Source of the DNA: a bacterium
GTDB taxonomy: Bacteria > UBA8248 > JACPRG01 > G963555815
Length of the DNA: 64,000 bases
Assembly: GCA_965261595.1 (NCBI GenBank)
Contig: CBDHDG010000007.1
Location: 224,001-288,000 of the forward strand
Reading direction: 5' to 3'
Shown: one piece after another, positions 10,873 to 19,706 of the stretch
Position numbering within the stretch: position 1 is the first letter of the stretch
Layout: each line of letters begins with the position of its first letter
Made by a program: the position numbers and the translations under genes
The notes under the pieces: generated by a model
What the model saw: only the letters and a program-made list of their open reading frames with translations
Database searches by the model: none
Told to the model about the DNA's origin: nothing

Positions 10873-10957
10873 CGTATTTATATACTTGACACAGACGACC
10901 ACAACATGTAGGTCGCGCCCGCGTCTCGGCTGACCACAAGATGTAGGGGCATGCTTC
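10873..10957 (+). repeat. Left terminal inverted repeat of the cassette
   Basis: CGTATTTATATACTTGACACAGACGACCACAACATGTAGG...CCACAAGATGTAGGGGCATGCTTC; reverse complement of 11695-11779. Confidence 0.93.
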
Positions 10958-11002
10958 CATCGATCCGTTTCCAGAAGATGCGCTCTATCAGATCGTTCGG
11001 TT

Positions 11003-11617
11003 TCATTGATCGATAAAATCCACGCGCTGAATATCGCCCTTTTCATTGAAGTGTAAAAACAACTTTTTGTTTATATGCAATGTGTTGTTGGTTTTTCCTT
11101 TTCTTCCGTACTTAAACTCAAATTCAAGACCGCCCTCAAAAACGCCGCTTCTCTTCTGCTCTATAGGTATGTAGTGATCGTCAAACCACCCCATCCCTCC
11201 TGCAGGGATGGTATAGCTATTCTTGGCATATGGCTCTTTTGTCGGGTACAACTTATCAAATGTTGAGACGACATTTACAACCTCAAATGTCACCGGGAAA
11301 AGAGCTTTGTTGTTAAACGTAGCACCAATCCGCAGTGATTTTACTACACCAGCTTTGTCGATTATTCTGTCAGTTCTCACACTATGAAAGTTAAGCATAT
11401 CCGCAACTCTATTACGATACCGCCATTCGCTGAATCGCAACAATCCCATAGAGGAAACTGAAAACAGAATGACCGCTCCAACATATAGGTTGAACAACTG
11501 GATATGTTGCGCAAAACCGATCATGACGCCAGCCGCCGTGACCGCAATGGGCCATATCCAGCTCCGCAGTAATTCACCCGCCAAAAAGAGGGCGACTTTA
11601 CGAAGCCAATTGAGCAT
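11003..11617 (-). CDS. Hypothetical membrane-anchored protein (two N-terminal hydrophobic segments plus beta-rich soluble domain); cassette passenger
   Basis: 204-aa ORF filling the cassette interior, AT-rich, with its own promoter-like sequence. Confidence 0.8.
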   Translation of the reverse strand: MLNWLRKVALFLAGELLRSWIWPIAVTAAGVMIGFAQHIQLFNLYVGAVILFSVSSMGLLRFSEWRYRNRVADMLNFHSVRTDRIIDKAGVVKSLRIGATFNNKALFPVTFEVVNVVSTFDKLYPTKEPYAKNSYTIPAGGMGWFDDHYIPIEQKRSGVFEGGLEFEFKYGRKGKTNNTLHINKKLFLHFNEKGDIQRVDFIDQ

Positions 11618-11626
11618 GATTCAGTC

Positions 11627-11655
11627 ATTGTATGATCCCTCTTCGGTTGAGTCAA
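11627..11655 (-). promoter_or_regulatory. Near-consensus sigma70 promoter of the passenger gene
   Basis: Minus strand TTGACT-17 nt-TACAAT, ending 9 nt before the ATG at 11617. Confidence 0.7.
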
Positions 11656-11694
11656 GCGCATAATTGCGAATCCAACTCCACCATGACTTGAGTT

Positions 11695-11779
11695 GAAGCA
11701 TGCCCCTACATCTTGTGGTCAGCCGAGACGCGGGGACGATCTACATGTTGTGGTCGTCTGCGTCAAGTACATAATTCCG
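11695..11779 (-). repeat. Right terminal inverted repeat of the cassette
   Basis: Reads CGGAATTATGTACTTGACGCAGACGACCACAACATGTAGA... inward on the minus strand. Confidence 0.93.
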
Positions 11780-11895
11780 ATTTCAATCCCGCAAAGCCCC
11801 TTCCGGGGCGGACAAGACCGCATCCGGCGACCGGGGCGCGACCCCCCCCGTCGGCCGGCGCGCCTTCCTGGCGGAAGGGCTTTGGCTGGTTTCAA

Positions 11896-12249
11896 TTAGG
11901 CGTGCTCTTTGGCGAGGGCCGCCAGTTTGGCAAAAGCCTCGGCGTCATTGACGGCCAAGTCGGCGAGGACCTTACGGTCCAACGTCACCTCCGCTTGGCC
12001 GAGTCCATGAATCAACCGGCTGTATGAAAGCCCGTGTTCGCGTGAAGCCGCGTTGATGCGGGTGATCCATAACCGGCGGAATTCCCGCTTTCGAAGACGG
12101 CGGTGCCGGTATGCGTATGCCAGACCCCGCTCCACCGTTTCACGGGCGATACGGTAGTTATTCTTTCGCCGCCCCCAGTAGCCACTGGCCTGTTTGAGGA
12201 TTTTCTTGTGCCTGCGCCTGCTGGCGGGCGAATGTGTTGCCCTCGGCAT
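11896..12249 (-). CDS. rplT: 50S ribosomal protein L20
   Basis: GYWGRR...[24 protein letters not shown] motif. Confidence 0.98.
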   Translation of the reverse strand: MPRATHSPASRRRHKKILKQASGYWGRRKNNYRIARETVERGLAYAYRHRRLRKREFRRLWITRINAASREHGLSYSRLIHGLGQAEVTLDRKVLADLAVNDAEAFAKLAALAKEHA

Positions 12250-12259
12250 GATTTGGCCC

Positions 12260-12457
12260 CTATTTTTTTCCGAGGAGGATCCGTATCCGTTTAGCGTCGC
12301 CCGGCGCGGCCAAGCTGGATTTCCTCAAGGAACGTTTTCGCTTCCTCGTTTTGTGGGTCAAGAGATGGCTCTTGTGGGCGCTGTCCCGGCGGACCTTGCC
12401 CTTTGCAGTGAGCCGAAAGCGCTTGGCCGCGCCTCGATTCGTCTTCATTTTCGGCAT
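12260..12457 (-). CDS. rpmI: 50S ribosomal protein L35
   Basis: [15 protein letters not shown]-terminus. Confidence 0.98.
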   Translation of the reverse strand: MPKMKTNRGAAKRFRLTAKGKVRRDSAHKSHLLTHKTRKRKRSLRKSSLAAPGDAKRIRILLGKK

Positions 12458-12471
12458 CGGAGCGGACTCCC

Positions 12472-13029
12472 TTATTGTGATTGGGTCTTCGTGGAGCTCG
12501 GGATGAGAATCATCGACATGTTCCGCCCTTCCTGAATCGGCTGCTGCTCCACCTTGGCCACGTCTTCGAGTTCATCGATCATTCGCGTCATGAGGCGCAA
12601 CCCCAAATGCCGGTGCGCCATCTCCCGGCCCCGGAACATGACGGTGACTTTGACCTTGTTTCCCTCGCCCAAAAACCGCCGGATGTGGCGCCCCTTGAAT
12701 TGAAAATCGTGTTCCTCCGTTTTCGGGCGCATTTTGACTTCCTTGACGTGAATGACCTTCTGCCGCTTTTTGGCATCATGCGTGCGCTTGCTTTGCTGAT
12801 ATTTAAAGCGGCCGTAATCCATGATCCGGCAAACGGGCGGTTCACTGTTCGGGGCCACTTCCACCAAATCGAGATCCCGGTCCTCCGCAGCGATCAAGGC
12901 ATTCTCGATGGGCAAGATACCGAGCTGTTCACCATCGCTGTCCACCACGCGGACTTCCCTCACACGGATGTCCCGGTTGATGCGCTGAGAAGGCTTGGGT
13001 GTGCTCCTGTCAAAATCCCGTCTTACTAT
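12472..13029 (-). CDS. infC: Translation initiation factor IF-3, probable non-canonical ATA start
   Basis: IF-3 motifs DLVEVAPN and [10 protein letters not shown]. Frame extends past the GTG at 12963 through the conserved RINRDI to an ATA at 13029, 8 nt after GAGGGAG. Confidence 0.93.
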   Translation of the reverse strand: MVRRDFDRSTPKPSQRINRDIRVREVRVVDSDGEQLGILPIENALIAAEDRDLDLVEVAPNSEPPVCRIMDYGRFKYQQSKRTHDAKKRQKVIHVKEVKMRPKTEEHDFQFKGRHIRRFLGEGNKVKVTVMFRGREMAHRHLGLRLMTRMIDELEDVAKVEQQPIQEGRNMSMILIPSSTKTQSQ

Positions 13030-13059
13030 AACCCGGTCTCCCTCTTGATGGGGGGCTGT

Positions 13060-14943
13060 CTATGCCGGCGTCCTGGGCGCCATCTCCGGCCGGACCCTAT
13101 CGAGAAACGCGTCGAGACCCATTGTCCCCAGGTCCCCTTCGGTTCGGTCGCGAACCGCAACTTGTTGCGACTCCTCTTCCCGATCTCCAATCACCAACAG
13201 ATACGGCGTTCGCTCAAGTCGTCCTTGTCTGATCTTGTACCCCAACTTTTCATTTCGGTCATCCACCTCGACCCGAAGACCGCTTTCCTTGAGGGAGGCG
13301 GCCACGCGCCGCGCATGGTCATGATTGCGCTCCGTTATGGGTAACACCTTGACCTGGACAGGCGACAGCCACAATGGGAACGCCCCGGCCGTGTGCTCTA
13401 TCAGGGTGCCCACGAACCGCTCCAGCGACCCCAACAGCGCCCGGTGCACCATGTACGGCGTGTGAAAGTCCCCATCGGCTCCCACATACTTTAGATCAAA
13501 CCGCCTCGGAAGGTTGAAGTCAAATTGAATGGTCGAGGCCTGCCACCCCCTGCCCAGTGCGTCCACAATCTTGACATCGATCTTCGGGCCGTAGAACACC
13601 GCCTCTCCTTCGCACCGGCGGTACGGAAGGGACCGCTCATCCAGGGCCTGGACAAGAGACGCCTCGGCGGCCTTCCATTCATCATCGCTTCCCGCATATT
13701 TTTCCGGGTGGGCCGGATCCCGAACGCTCAACTCGATCTCGAACCGCTCAAAACCGAACGTCGCGAGCATGAACACCGTCATGTCCAGAACGCCCAGAAT
13801 TTCCCCGGGAAGCTGCTCGGGCGTACAGAAAATATGGGCGTCATCCTGCGTGAAGCCGCGGACGCGAAGCATTCCGTGCAATACACCCGATCGCTCATTC
13901 CGGTAGACGGTTCCCAATTCCGCATATCGAATCGGCAGATCCCGGTAGCTCCTCCGCTCGTTTTCGTAGATCAAAATATGCCCCGGACAGTTCATAGGCT
14001 TCGCGACATATTCTTCACCGTCCACCTCGAGGGTGAACATGTTTTCTTTGTAGAAATCGTAGTGACCCGAAGTCCGGAACAGACGCGAATGCACCAAATG
14101 GGGGATGACCACCAACTCGTAGCCGCGTCTCTGATGCTCGTCCTCCCAGAACCGCTCGATCACCTTCCGGAGGACGGTGCCGTGCGGAAGCCAGTAAACC
14201 AAGCCGCTTCCCGCCTGTTCGTGAATCATGAACAGGCCGAGCTCCTTTCCGAGAACGCGGTGATCACGGCGGCGGGCTTCCTCGAGGAGCGCAAGATGCT
14301 CGTCCAAGGCCTCCTGAGTCGGGAAGGAGGTGCCATAGATGCGCTGGAGCATCTTGTTTCGCTCATCCCCGCGCCAATACGCCCCGGCCACCGAAAGCAG
14401 CTTGACAGCCTCGATGAAGCCCGTTGAAGGGACATGCGGCCCCCGACAGAGATCGAGCCATTCGCCCTGGCGGTAAATGGACACCGTCTCGTCGGTGATT
14501 CCATCGAGCAGTTCCAGCTTGTAAGGCTCATCCCTTTCCTGGAACAGCTTCCGGGCCTCCTCCTTCGAGACGGGCTCACGGACAAACGGGCGGTCTTCCG
14601 CCCGGATTTCCCGCATACGCGTCTCGATACGCTCCAGATCGTCCGGCGTGAAGCGCTCGTCCCGGTCAAAGTCGTAGTAAAAACCGTTCTCGATCGGCGG
14701 ACCGATGGTGACCTTCGTGCCGGGAAACAGGTCCTGAACCGCTTCGGCCATGATGTGGGCGGTGCTGTGATGATAGACTTGGCGGCCCTCGGGGTCATCG
14801 AAGGTGATTTCGCGGGCCTCCGCTTTGTCGTCCTTGGCCGCCAGGTCGACCAATTGGTCGCCCACCTTCCAGACCAGGGGACCGGAGGAGGTCATTTTAC
14901 GCGTCGCTGCGCGGGTGTCGGTCGGAACCTCTGGCGCGGTCAT
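13060..14943 (-). CDS. thrS: Threonine--tRNA ligase
   Basis: HSTAH, DLCRGPH, KPMNCPGH, RVRGFTQDDAH and FYGPKID motifs; GGAG before the ATG at 14943. Confidence 0.97.
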   Translation of the reverse strand: MTAPEVPTDTRAATRKMTSSGPLVWKVGDQLVDLAAKDDKAEAREITFDDPEGRQVYHHSTAHIMAEAVQDLFPGTKVTIGPPIENGFYYDFDRDERFTPDDLERIETRMREIRAEDRPFVREPVSKEEARKLFQERDEPYKLELLDGITDETVSIYRQGEWLDLCRGPHVPSTGFIEAVKLLSVAGAYWRGDERNKMLQRIYGTSFPTQEALDEHLALLEEARRRDHRVLGKELGLFMIHEQAGSGLVYWLPHGTVLRKVIERFWEDEHQRRGYELVVIPHLVHSRLFRTSGHYDFYKENMFTLEVDGEEYVAKPMNCPGHILIYENERRSYRDLPIRYAELGTVYRNERSGVLHGMLRVRGFTQDDAHIFCTPEQLPGEILGVLDMTVFMLATFGFERFEIELSVRDPAHPEKYAGSDDEWKAAEASLVQALDERSLPYRRCEGEAVFYGPKIDVKIVDALGRGWQASTIQFDFNLPRRFDLKYVGADGDFHTPYMVHRALLGSLERFVGTLIEHTAGAFPLWLSPVQVKVLPITERNHDHARRVAASLKESGLRVEVDDRNEKLGYKIRQGRLERTPYLLVIGDREEESQQVAVRDRTEGDLGTMGLDAFLDRVRPEMAPRTPA

Positions 14944-14966
14944 TGCCACTCCCTGGCGCAAGGACG

Positions 14967-15010
14967 AAAAAAGGCACCCGGGAAGCCACGCCGGGTTCCC
15001 ACGGTGCCTT
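14967..15010 (-). terminator. Hairpin plus U-tract between tRNA-Val and thrS
   Basis: Minus strand AAGGCACC-GTGGGAA...TTCCCG-GGTGCC-TTTTTT. Confidence 0.55.
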
Positions 15011-15102
15011 CAAACAACACGATTTTCCCCACAATCGGAAAAATATTTCTCTTTCGATGAATTTTGCGATGTCACCTGGTCTTGTGATGATCCCTCAGAC
15101 GA

Positions 15103-15177
15103 TGGTAGGCACGGGCGGTTTCGAACCGCCGACCTCTTGCGTGTCAAGCAAGCACTCTACCCCTGAGCTACGTGCCT
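15103..15177 (-). tRNA. tRNA-Val(GAC)
   Basis: Cloverleaf; anticodon arm CTTGC-TT GAC AC-GCAAG; GGTTCGAA; encoded CCA. Confidence 0.96.
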
Positions 15178-15273
15178 AAGTCGCCAAAAATCACGGTTGT
15201 ATAGATTCTTGAACCGGAGGGGTCCGTTGTCAAGAGAAATTGTCCGCTCTCTTGGTGAACGCGCCCCTCAGAC

Positions 15274-17712
15274 TCAGTTCGGAAGGCGCGCACCCGAGCT
15301 GTCCGAACGGACGGAAGGTTGCTTTGGGGAAGGAGTCCGAGAACCGGCCTTCCGGGCCTTCATCAAGGCCAGGGGGAAGATTTCGTCCACCTGATCCACC
15401 AACTGGAGGCGCAAAACCCGTCGAACGGCCTGGGGTATCTCTTCAAGGTCCCGCTCGTTCTCCTTCGGAAGTATGACGCATTCGTATCCGGCCCGATGGG
15501 CGGCCAGGACCTTCTCTTTAATCCCCCCCACGGCCAATACCTTTCCCCGCAGGGTGATCTCTCCCGTCATGCACACGGAATTGCGAACCCGCCGGCCCGT
15601 CAAAGCGGAGACGAGGGCCACAACGATGGTCACCCCCGCGGATGGGCCGTCTTTCGGGATAGACCCCTCGGGGACGTGAATGTGAATATCCCGCTTTTTG
15701 GAAAAATCGCGGAGAAGGTCCAGCTCGTCGGCCCGCGCCCGGACAAAACTGACGGCGGCCCGTGCGGATTCCTGGAGCACCTCGCCCAGTTGGCCGGTCA
15801 GGGTCAGCTTGCCCGTTCCGGGCATGAGGCCGATTTCGGTGAGAAGCAGCTCTCCACCGTTCTCCGTCCAGGCAAGCCCCGTGGCCACACCCACCTCGGC
15901 CTTGTCCAGCCCTTGACTGACGCGGTGGCGGGGAACCCCGAGAAAGGATTTCAAATTTCCGGGGTGGACGCGGACAGGCCGCTCTCCCCCCTCCGTGGCG
16001 ACGCGCCGGGCCACTTTGCGGCAGACGGCCGCCAGCTCCCGTTCCAGATTCCGGACGCCCGCCTCGCGTGTGTACTCGCGGCTGATCCGCTGGAGGGCCT
16101 TGGGGGAAACGCGCACCTGCTCCGGCTTCAGACCATGCTCCCGGATTTGCTTGGGCAGGAGAAATCTCTTGGCGATGCTTAGCTTTTCCTCTTCCGTGTA
16201 GCCGGAAATGCGAAGAATCTCCAAGCGGTCGCGGAGTGTCGGCGGGATCTGGTCCAGAACATTCGCCGTTGCGATGAAAAAGACCTGAGAGAGGTCGTAA
16301 TCCACTTCCAGGTAATGGTCGCTGAAGGATTTGTTCTGCTCCGGGTCAAGCACCTCCAGGAGGGCGCTGGTGGGATCCCCTCGAAAATCGGAGCTGAGCT
16401 TGTCAATCTCGTCGAGCATGAGGACGGGGTTGACCGTGCCGACGCGGTGCATGCTCTGGATGATTCGTCCCGGCAGCGACCCGATGTAGGTCCGGCGATG
16501 CCCCCGGATTTCCGCTTCGTCGCGGATCCCCCCGAGCGATATCCGGGCGAATTTTCGGTGGGTCGCCCGTGCAATGGAGCGGCCCAGGGAGGTCTTACCG
16601 ACGCCGGGGGGGCCGACCAAGCAAAGGATCGGGCCTTTGGGCTTTCGGACCAGGCGGCGAACCGCCAGGTATTCCAGGATCCGCTCCTTCACTTTTTCCA
16701 AGCCATGATGATCTTCTTTGAGCACGGCCTCGGCGTGAGCGAGATCGAGATTCTCTCGGGACCGCTTGGCCCAGGGAAGATCCACCAGCCAATCCAGGTA
16801 ATTCCGGACCACGGCGCTCTCGGCCGACATCGGGGGCATGGATTCAAGACGGCGGATTTCTTTTTCCGTTTTCTCCATCACCGCGGCGGGCATCTTGGCC
16901 TGGCGGACCTTTTGGCGGAGCTCTTCCACCTCGGAGCGTAAATCGTCCCCGGCGCCGAGCTCTTCCTGGATGGCCTTGATTTGCTCGGTGAGGTAATACT
17001 CCTTCTGGCTGAGATCGATGCGTTTCTTGACCTTTCCCCGGATTTCGCGCTCGACAGTCATCACTTCGATCTCCGAGCTCAGGATTTCCAGGAGGTCCTC
17101 CATGCGCTCGACGGGTGTCAAATCCTCCAGAAGACGCACCCTATCGGCCAGCTTCAAGGGGAGATTTCCCGCGATCGTGTCGGCCATGAGGCCGGGATTG
17201 GAGGCGTTTTCAACGGAGGTCAGGACCTCGGGGGGGATACGCTGGCTGAGTTTCAGGTATTCTTCGAACCGTTTGATGACCCGCCGGGCAAGCGCCTTGT
17301 CCGCGAGGCTGGGAGCGGCGGACTCGTCCAGATCGATCACTTCCCCTTTCAGGAACTCGCCGTCGTCCTGAATGTTCTGGATCCGGATCCGTCCCAGGCC
17401 CTCTACAAGCATCTTGACCGCGCCTTCCGGGAGATTGACCGCCTGGACAATCTCGGCCCGCGTCCCGATGGTGAACAGGTCGCCGGCCCCGGGATCTTCG
17501 ATTTTGGCGTCTCGCTGGGCCGTGAGGGCGACATGCTTCCCCGCCTCCATGGCCTGCTCGACGGCGTTCAGGGATTTCTCCCGGCCGACGAACAGCGGCA
17601 TCATGATGTGGGGAAAGACGACGATGTCCCGAAGGGGGAGGATGGGCAGGATCTCCCCGGCGGGCGAACCTTCCTCCGGGAATTCCTCGGGCGTGGGTTG
17701 GGCAGGTTGCAT
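15274..17712 (-). CDS. lon: ATP-dependent protease Lon
   Basis: LPLRDIVVFP Lon-N domain, GPPGVGKT Walker A, PKDGPSAG catalytic Ser. Start is 17712 (ATG) or 17736 (TTG). Confidence 0.97.
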   Translation of the reverse strand: MQPAQPTPEEFPEEGSPAGEILPILPLRDIVVFPHIMMPLFVGREKSLNAVEQAMEAGKHVALTAQRDAKIEDPGAGDLFTIGTRAEIVQAVNLPEGAVKMLVEGLGRIRIQNIQDDGEFLKGEVIDLDESAAPSLADKALARRVIKRFEEYLKLSQRIPPEVLTSVENASNPGLMADTIAGNLPLKLADRVRLLEDLTPVERMEDLLEILSSEIEVMTVEREIRGKVKKRIDLSQKEYYLTEQIKAIQEELGAGDDLRSEVEELRQKVRQAKMPAAVMEKTEKEIRRLESMPPMSAESAVVRNYLDWLVDLPWAKRSRENLDLAHAEAVLKEDHHGLEKVKERILEYLAVRRLVRKPKGPILCLVGPPGVGKTSLGRSIARATHRKFARISLGGIRDEAEIRGHRRTYIGSLPGRIIQSMHRVGTVNPVLMLDEIDKLSSDFRGDPTSALLEVLDPEQNKSFSDHYLEVDYDLSQVFFIATANVLDQIPPTLRDRLEILRISGYTEEEKLSIAKRFLLPKQIREHGLKPEQVRVSPKALQRISREYTREAGVRNLERELAAVCRKVARRVATEGGERPVRVHPGNLKSFLGVPRHRVSQGLDKAEVGVATGLAWTENGGELLLTEIGLMPGTGKLTLTGQLGEVLQESARAAVSFVRARADELDLLRDFSKKRDIHIHVPEGSIPKDGPSAGVTIVVALVSALTGRRVRNSVCMTGEITLRGKVLAVGGIKEKVLAAHRAGYECVILPKENERDLEEIPQAVRRVLRLQLVDQVDEIFPLALMKARKAGSRTPSPKQPSVRSDSSGARLPN

Positions 17713-17732
17713 GGATCGGAGGGAACGGGCCG

Positions 17733-19001
17733 TCAACTGGCCCGCTTCTTCTCGTACACCAGGATGGGCGGCTCCCTCAACGAGATGACCTCCTCCGTGA
17801 CGACGCACTCCTTCACGTCGACCCGGGAGGGGATCTCATACATGGTGTCGAGCATAATCTCTTCCAGAATGGACCGAAGCCCGCGGGCGCCTGTCTTCCG
17901 CTTCAGGGCCTCCTTTGCTATCGCCACCAGCGATTCATCCGTGAAGCGGAGGGCGACGTTCTCGAATTCGAACAACCTCTTATACTGCTTGATCAAGGCG
18001 TTCTTGGGCTCGCAAAGGACCTGGACCAACGCCTCTTCATCCAGTTCGTTCAGGTAGGCGATGACAGGTAGACGGCCGACAAACTCGGGGATTAAGCCAT
18101 ACTTGAGCAGATCCTCGGGCTGGACCTTGGAGAAGGTCTCGCCGATGGACATTTCGTGCCGGCTGCGGATATCCGCCTCGAATCCCATCGAACGCGACCC
18201 CACCCTGCGTTGAATGATGTGCTCCAATCCGGTGAAGGCGCCCCCGCAAATAAAAAAGACATGGGAGGTGTCCACCTGGAGAAATTCCTGGTGAGGATGC
18301 TTGCGGCCTCCTTGAGGAGGGACATTGGCCACGGTTCCCTCGATGATCTTCAGCAGCGCCTGTTGTACGCCCTCGCCGGAGACATCTCGGGTGATGGATG
18401 GGTTTTCCGACTTCCGGCTGATCTTGTCGATCTCGTCGATGTAGATGATTCCCCGTTCGGCCCGCTGAACGTCGTAATCCGCATTCTGGAGCAGCTTGAG
18501 GATGATGTTCTCCACGTCCTCGCCGACATACCCGGCTTCGGTGAGGGTGGTGGCGTCCACAATGGCGAACGGAACGTCCAGGATGCGCGCCATGGTCTGC
18601 GCCAGCAGGGTCTTGCCGGAACCGGTCGGCCCGATGAGCAGGACATTGCTCTTCTGGATCTCGACGTCGTTGAGGTCCACATTGGCTTCGATCCGCTTGT
18701 AATGGTTATGGATGGAGACGGAAAGAACCCGCTTCGCCATCTCCTGGCCGACCACGAATTCATCCAGCATGGCTTTGACCTCTTTCGGCTTCGGGAGATG
18801 TTTCATCCCCTGGGCCTTTTCCTGTGTCCACTCCTCTACGATGATGTCGTTGCACAGATCGATGCACTCGTCGCAAATAAAGACCGTCGGCCCGGCGATG
18901 AGCTTTTTGACCTCGTCATTGCCCTTTCCGCAAAAAGAGCACTTCAAGGTCTGATCTGAGTCACCCTTTTTCGGCATCTCTGAGTCACCCTTTTTCGGCA
19001 T
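17733..19001 (-). CDS. clpX: Clp protease ATP-binding subunit ClpX
   Basis: Zn finger CSFC...[26 protein letters not shown] and RKHP motifs. Confidence 0.98.
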   Translation of the reverse strand: MPKKGDSEMPKKGDSDQTLKCSFCGKGNDEVKKLIAGPTVFICDECIDLCNDIIVEEWTQEKAQGMKHLPKPKEVKAMLDEFVVGQEMAKRVLSVSIHNHYKRIEANVDLNDVEIQKSNVLLIGPTGSGKTLLAQTMARILDVPFAIVDATTLTEAGYVGEDVENIILKLLQNADYDVQRAERGIIYIDEIDKISRKSENPSITRDVSGEGVQQALLKIIEGTVANVPPQGGRKHPHQEFLQVDTSHVFFICGGAFTGLEHIIQRRVGSRSMGFEADIRSRHEMSIGETFSKVQPEDLLKYGLIPEFVGRLPVIAYLNELDEEALVQVLCEPKNALIKQYKRLFEFENVALRFTDESLVAIAKEALKRKTGARGLRSILEEIMLDTMYEIPSRVDVKECVVTEEVISLREPPILVYEKKRAS

Positions 19002-19002
19002 C
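18955..19002. repeat. Perfect 24-bp tandem duplication at the clpX 5' end
   Basis: TCTGAGTCACCCTTTTTCGGCATC twice; encodes [16 protein letters not shown]. Confidence 0.95.
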
Positions 19003-19046
19003 GTTTCCACCCTTCATTCCGGGACGCCGATTCCACAAAACGGACG

Positions 19047-19706
19047 CTAATCTTTCGGGTTCTCTTTGGAATTCTGCTTCAGTTCCCGAGAGACGATGAC
19101 GTCGTCAATAAGCCCGTATTCCTTGGCTTCAATACCAGTCATAAAAAAATCGCGCTCGGTGTCGGCGTGGATACGCTTGAGCGTCTGGCCGGAGTGGCGG
19201 ACGAGAATCCCGTCGATGGTTTCTCGCATTCGCAGGATTTCCCGCGCATGGATCTCGATGTCGGTGGCTTGTCCCTGGACGCCGGCCAACGGCTGGTGAA
19301 TCATGATCCGGGCGTTGGGCAGCGCGAACCGCTTGGCATGGGCCCCCGCGGTGAGGAGCAAAGCGCCCATGCTCGCGGCCTGGCCGATGCAGATGGTGGA
19401 GATGTCCGGCCGGATGTACTGCAAGGTGTCGTAAATGGCGAGGCCCGCGGTGACGACACCTCCCGGACAGTTGATGTACAGGTAGATGTCCTGGTCGGGA
19501 TCTTCGGCCTCGAGAAACAAAAGCTGGGCGATGAGCAGATTGGCGATGGCATCGTCGATGGAGGTCCCGAGAAAAACGATTCGGTCCTTCAGTAGACGCG
19601 AATAGATGTCGTAGGCCCGTTCGCCGCGGCTGGTCTGCTCGACCACCATGGGGACCAAGTGAGCGTGTTCCAAGGCTGCTTCTCCTCCGGCGGCACGGCC
19701 GGTCAT
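19047..19706 (-). CDS. clpP: Clp protease proteolytic subunit ClpP
   Basis: [29 protein letters not shown] and IMIHQP motifs. Confidence 0.98.
   Translation of the reverse strand: MTGRAAGGEAALEHAHLVPMVVEQTSRGERAYDIYSRLLKDRIVFLGTSIDDAIANLLIAQLLFLEAEDPDQDIYLYINCPGGVVTAGLAIYDTLQYIRPDISTICIGQAASMGALLLTAGAHAKRFALPNARIMIHQPLAGVQGQATDIEIHAREILRMRETIDGILVRHSGQTLKRIHADTERDFFMTGIEAKEYGLIDDVIVSRELKQNSKENPKD

Larger units (their letters stand above)
10873..11779. mobile_element. Non-autonomous transposable cassette (MIC/MITE-like, probably IS1595-family derived) carrying one passenger gene
   Basis: 85-bp terminal inverted repeats at 10873-10957 and 11695-11779 (78/85 identical by hand). Flanked by the exact 8-bp direct repeat ATTTCAAT (10865-10872, 11780-11787). 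AT-rich interior with no transposase ORF. Confidence 0.9.

Noticed and set aside
10849..11046. Short ORFs 10849-11046 (-) and 11693-11899 (+) sharing KHAPTSCGQPRRG.DLHVVVVCVKYI
   Set aside because: They are translations of the two inverted repeats, not a duplicated peptide gene.
14967..15102. T-box riboswitch upstream of thrS
   Set aside because: GGCACCGTG only partly resembles the T-box; the UGGN bulge and Stem I are missing and the space is too short.
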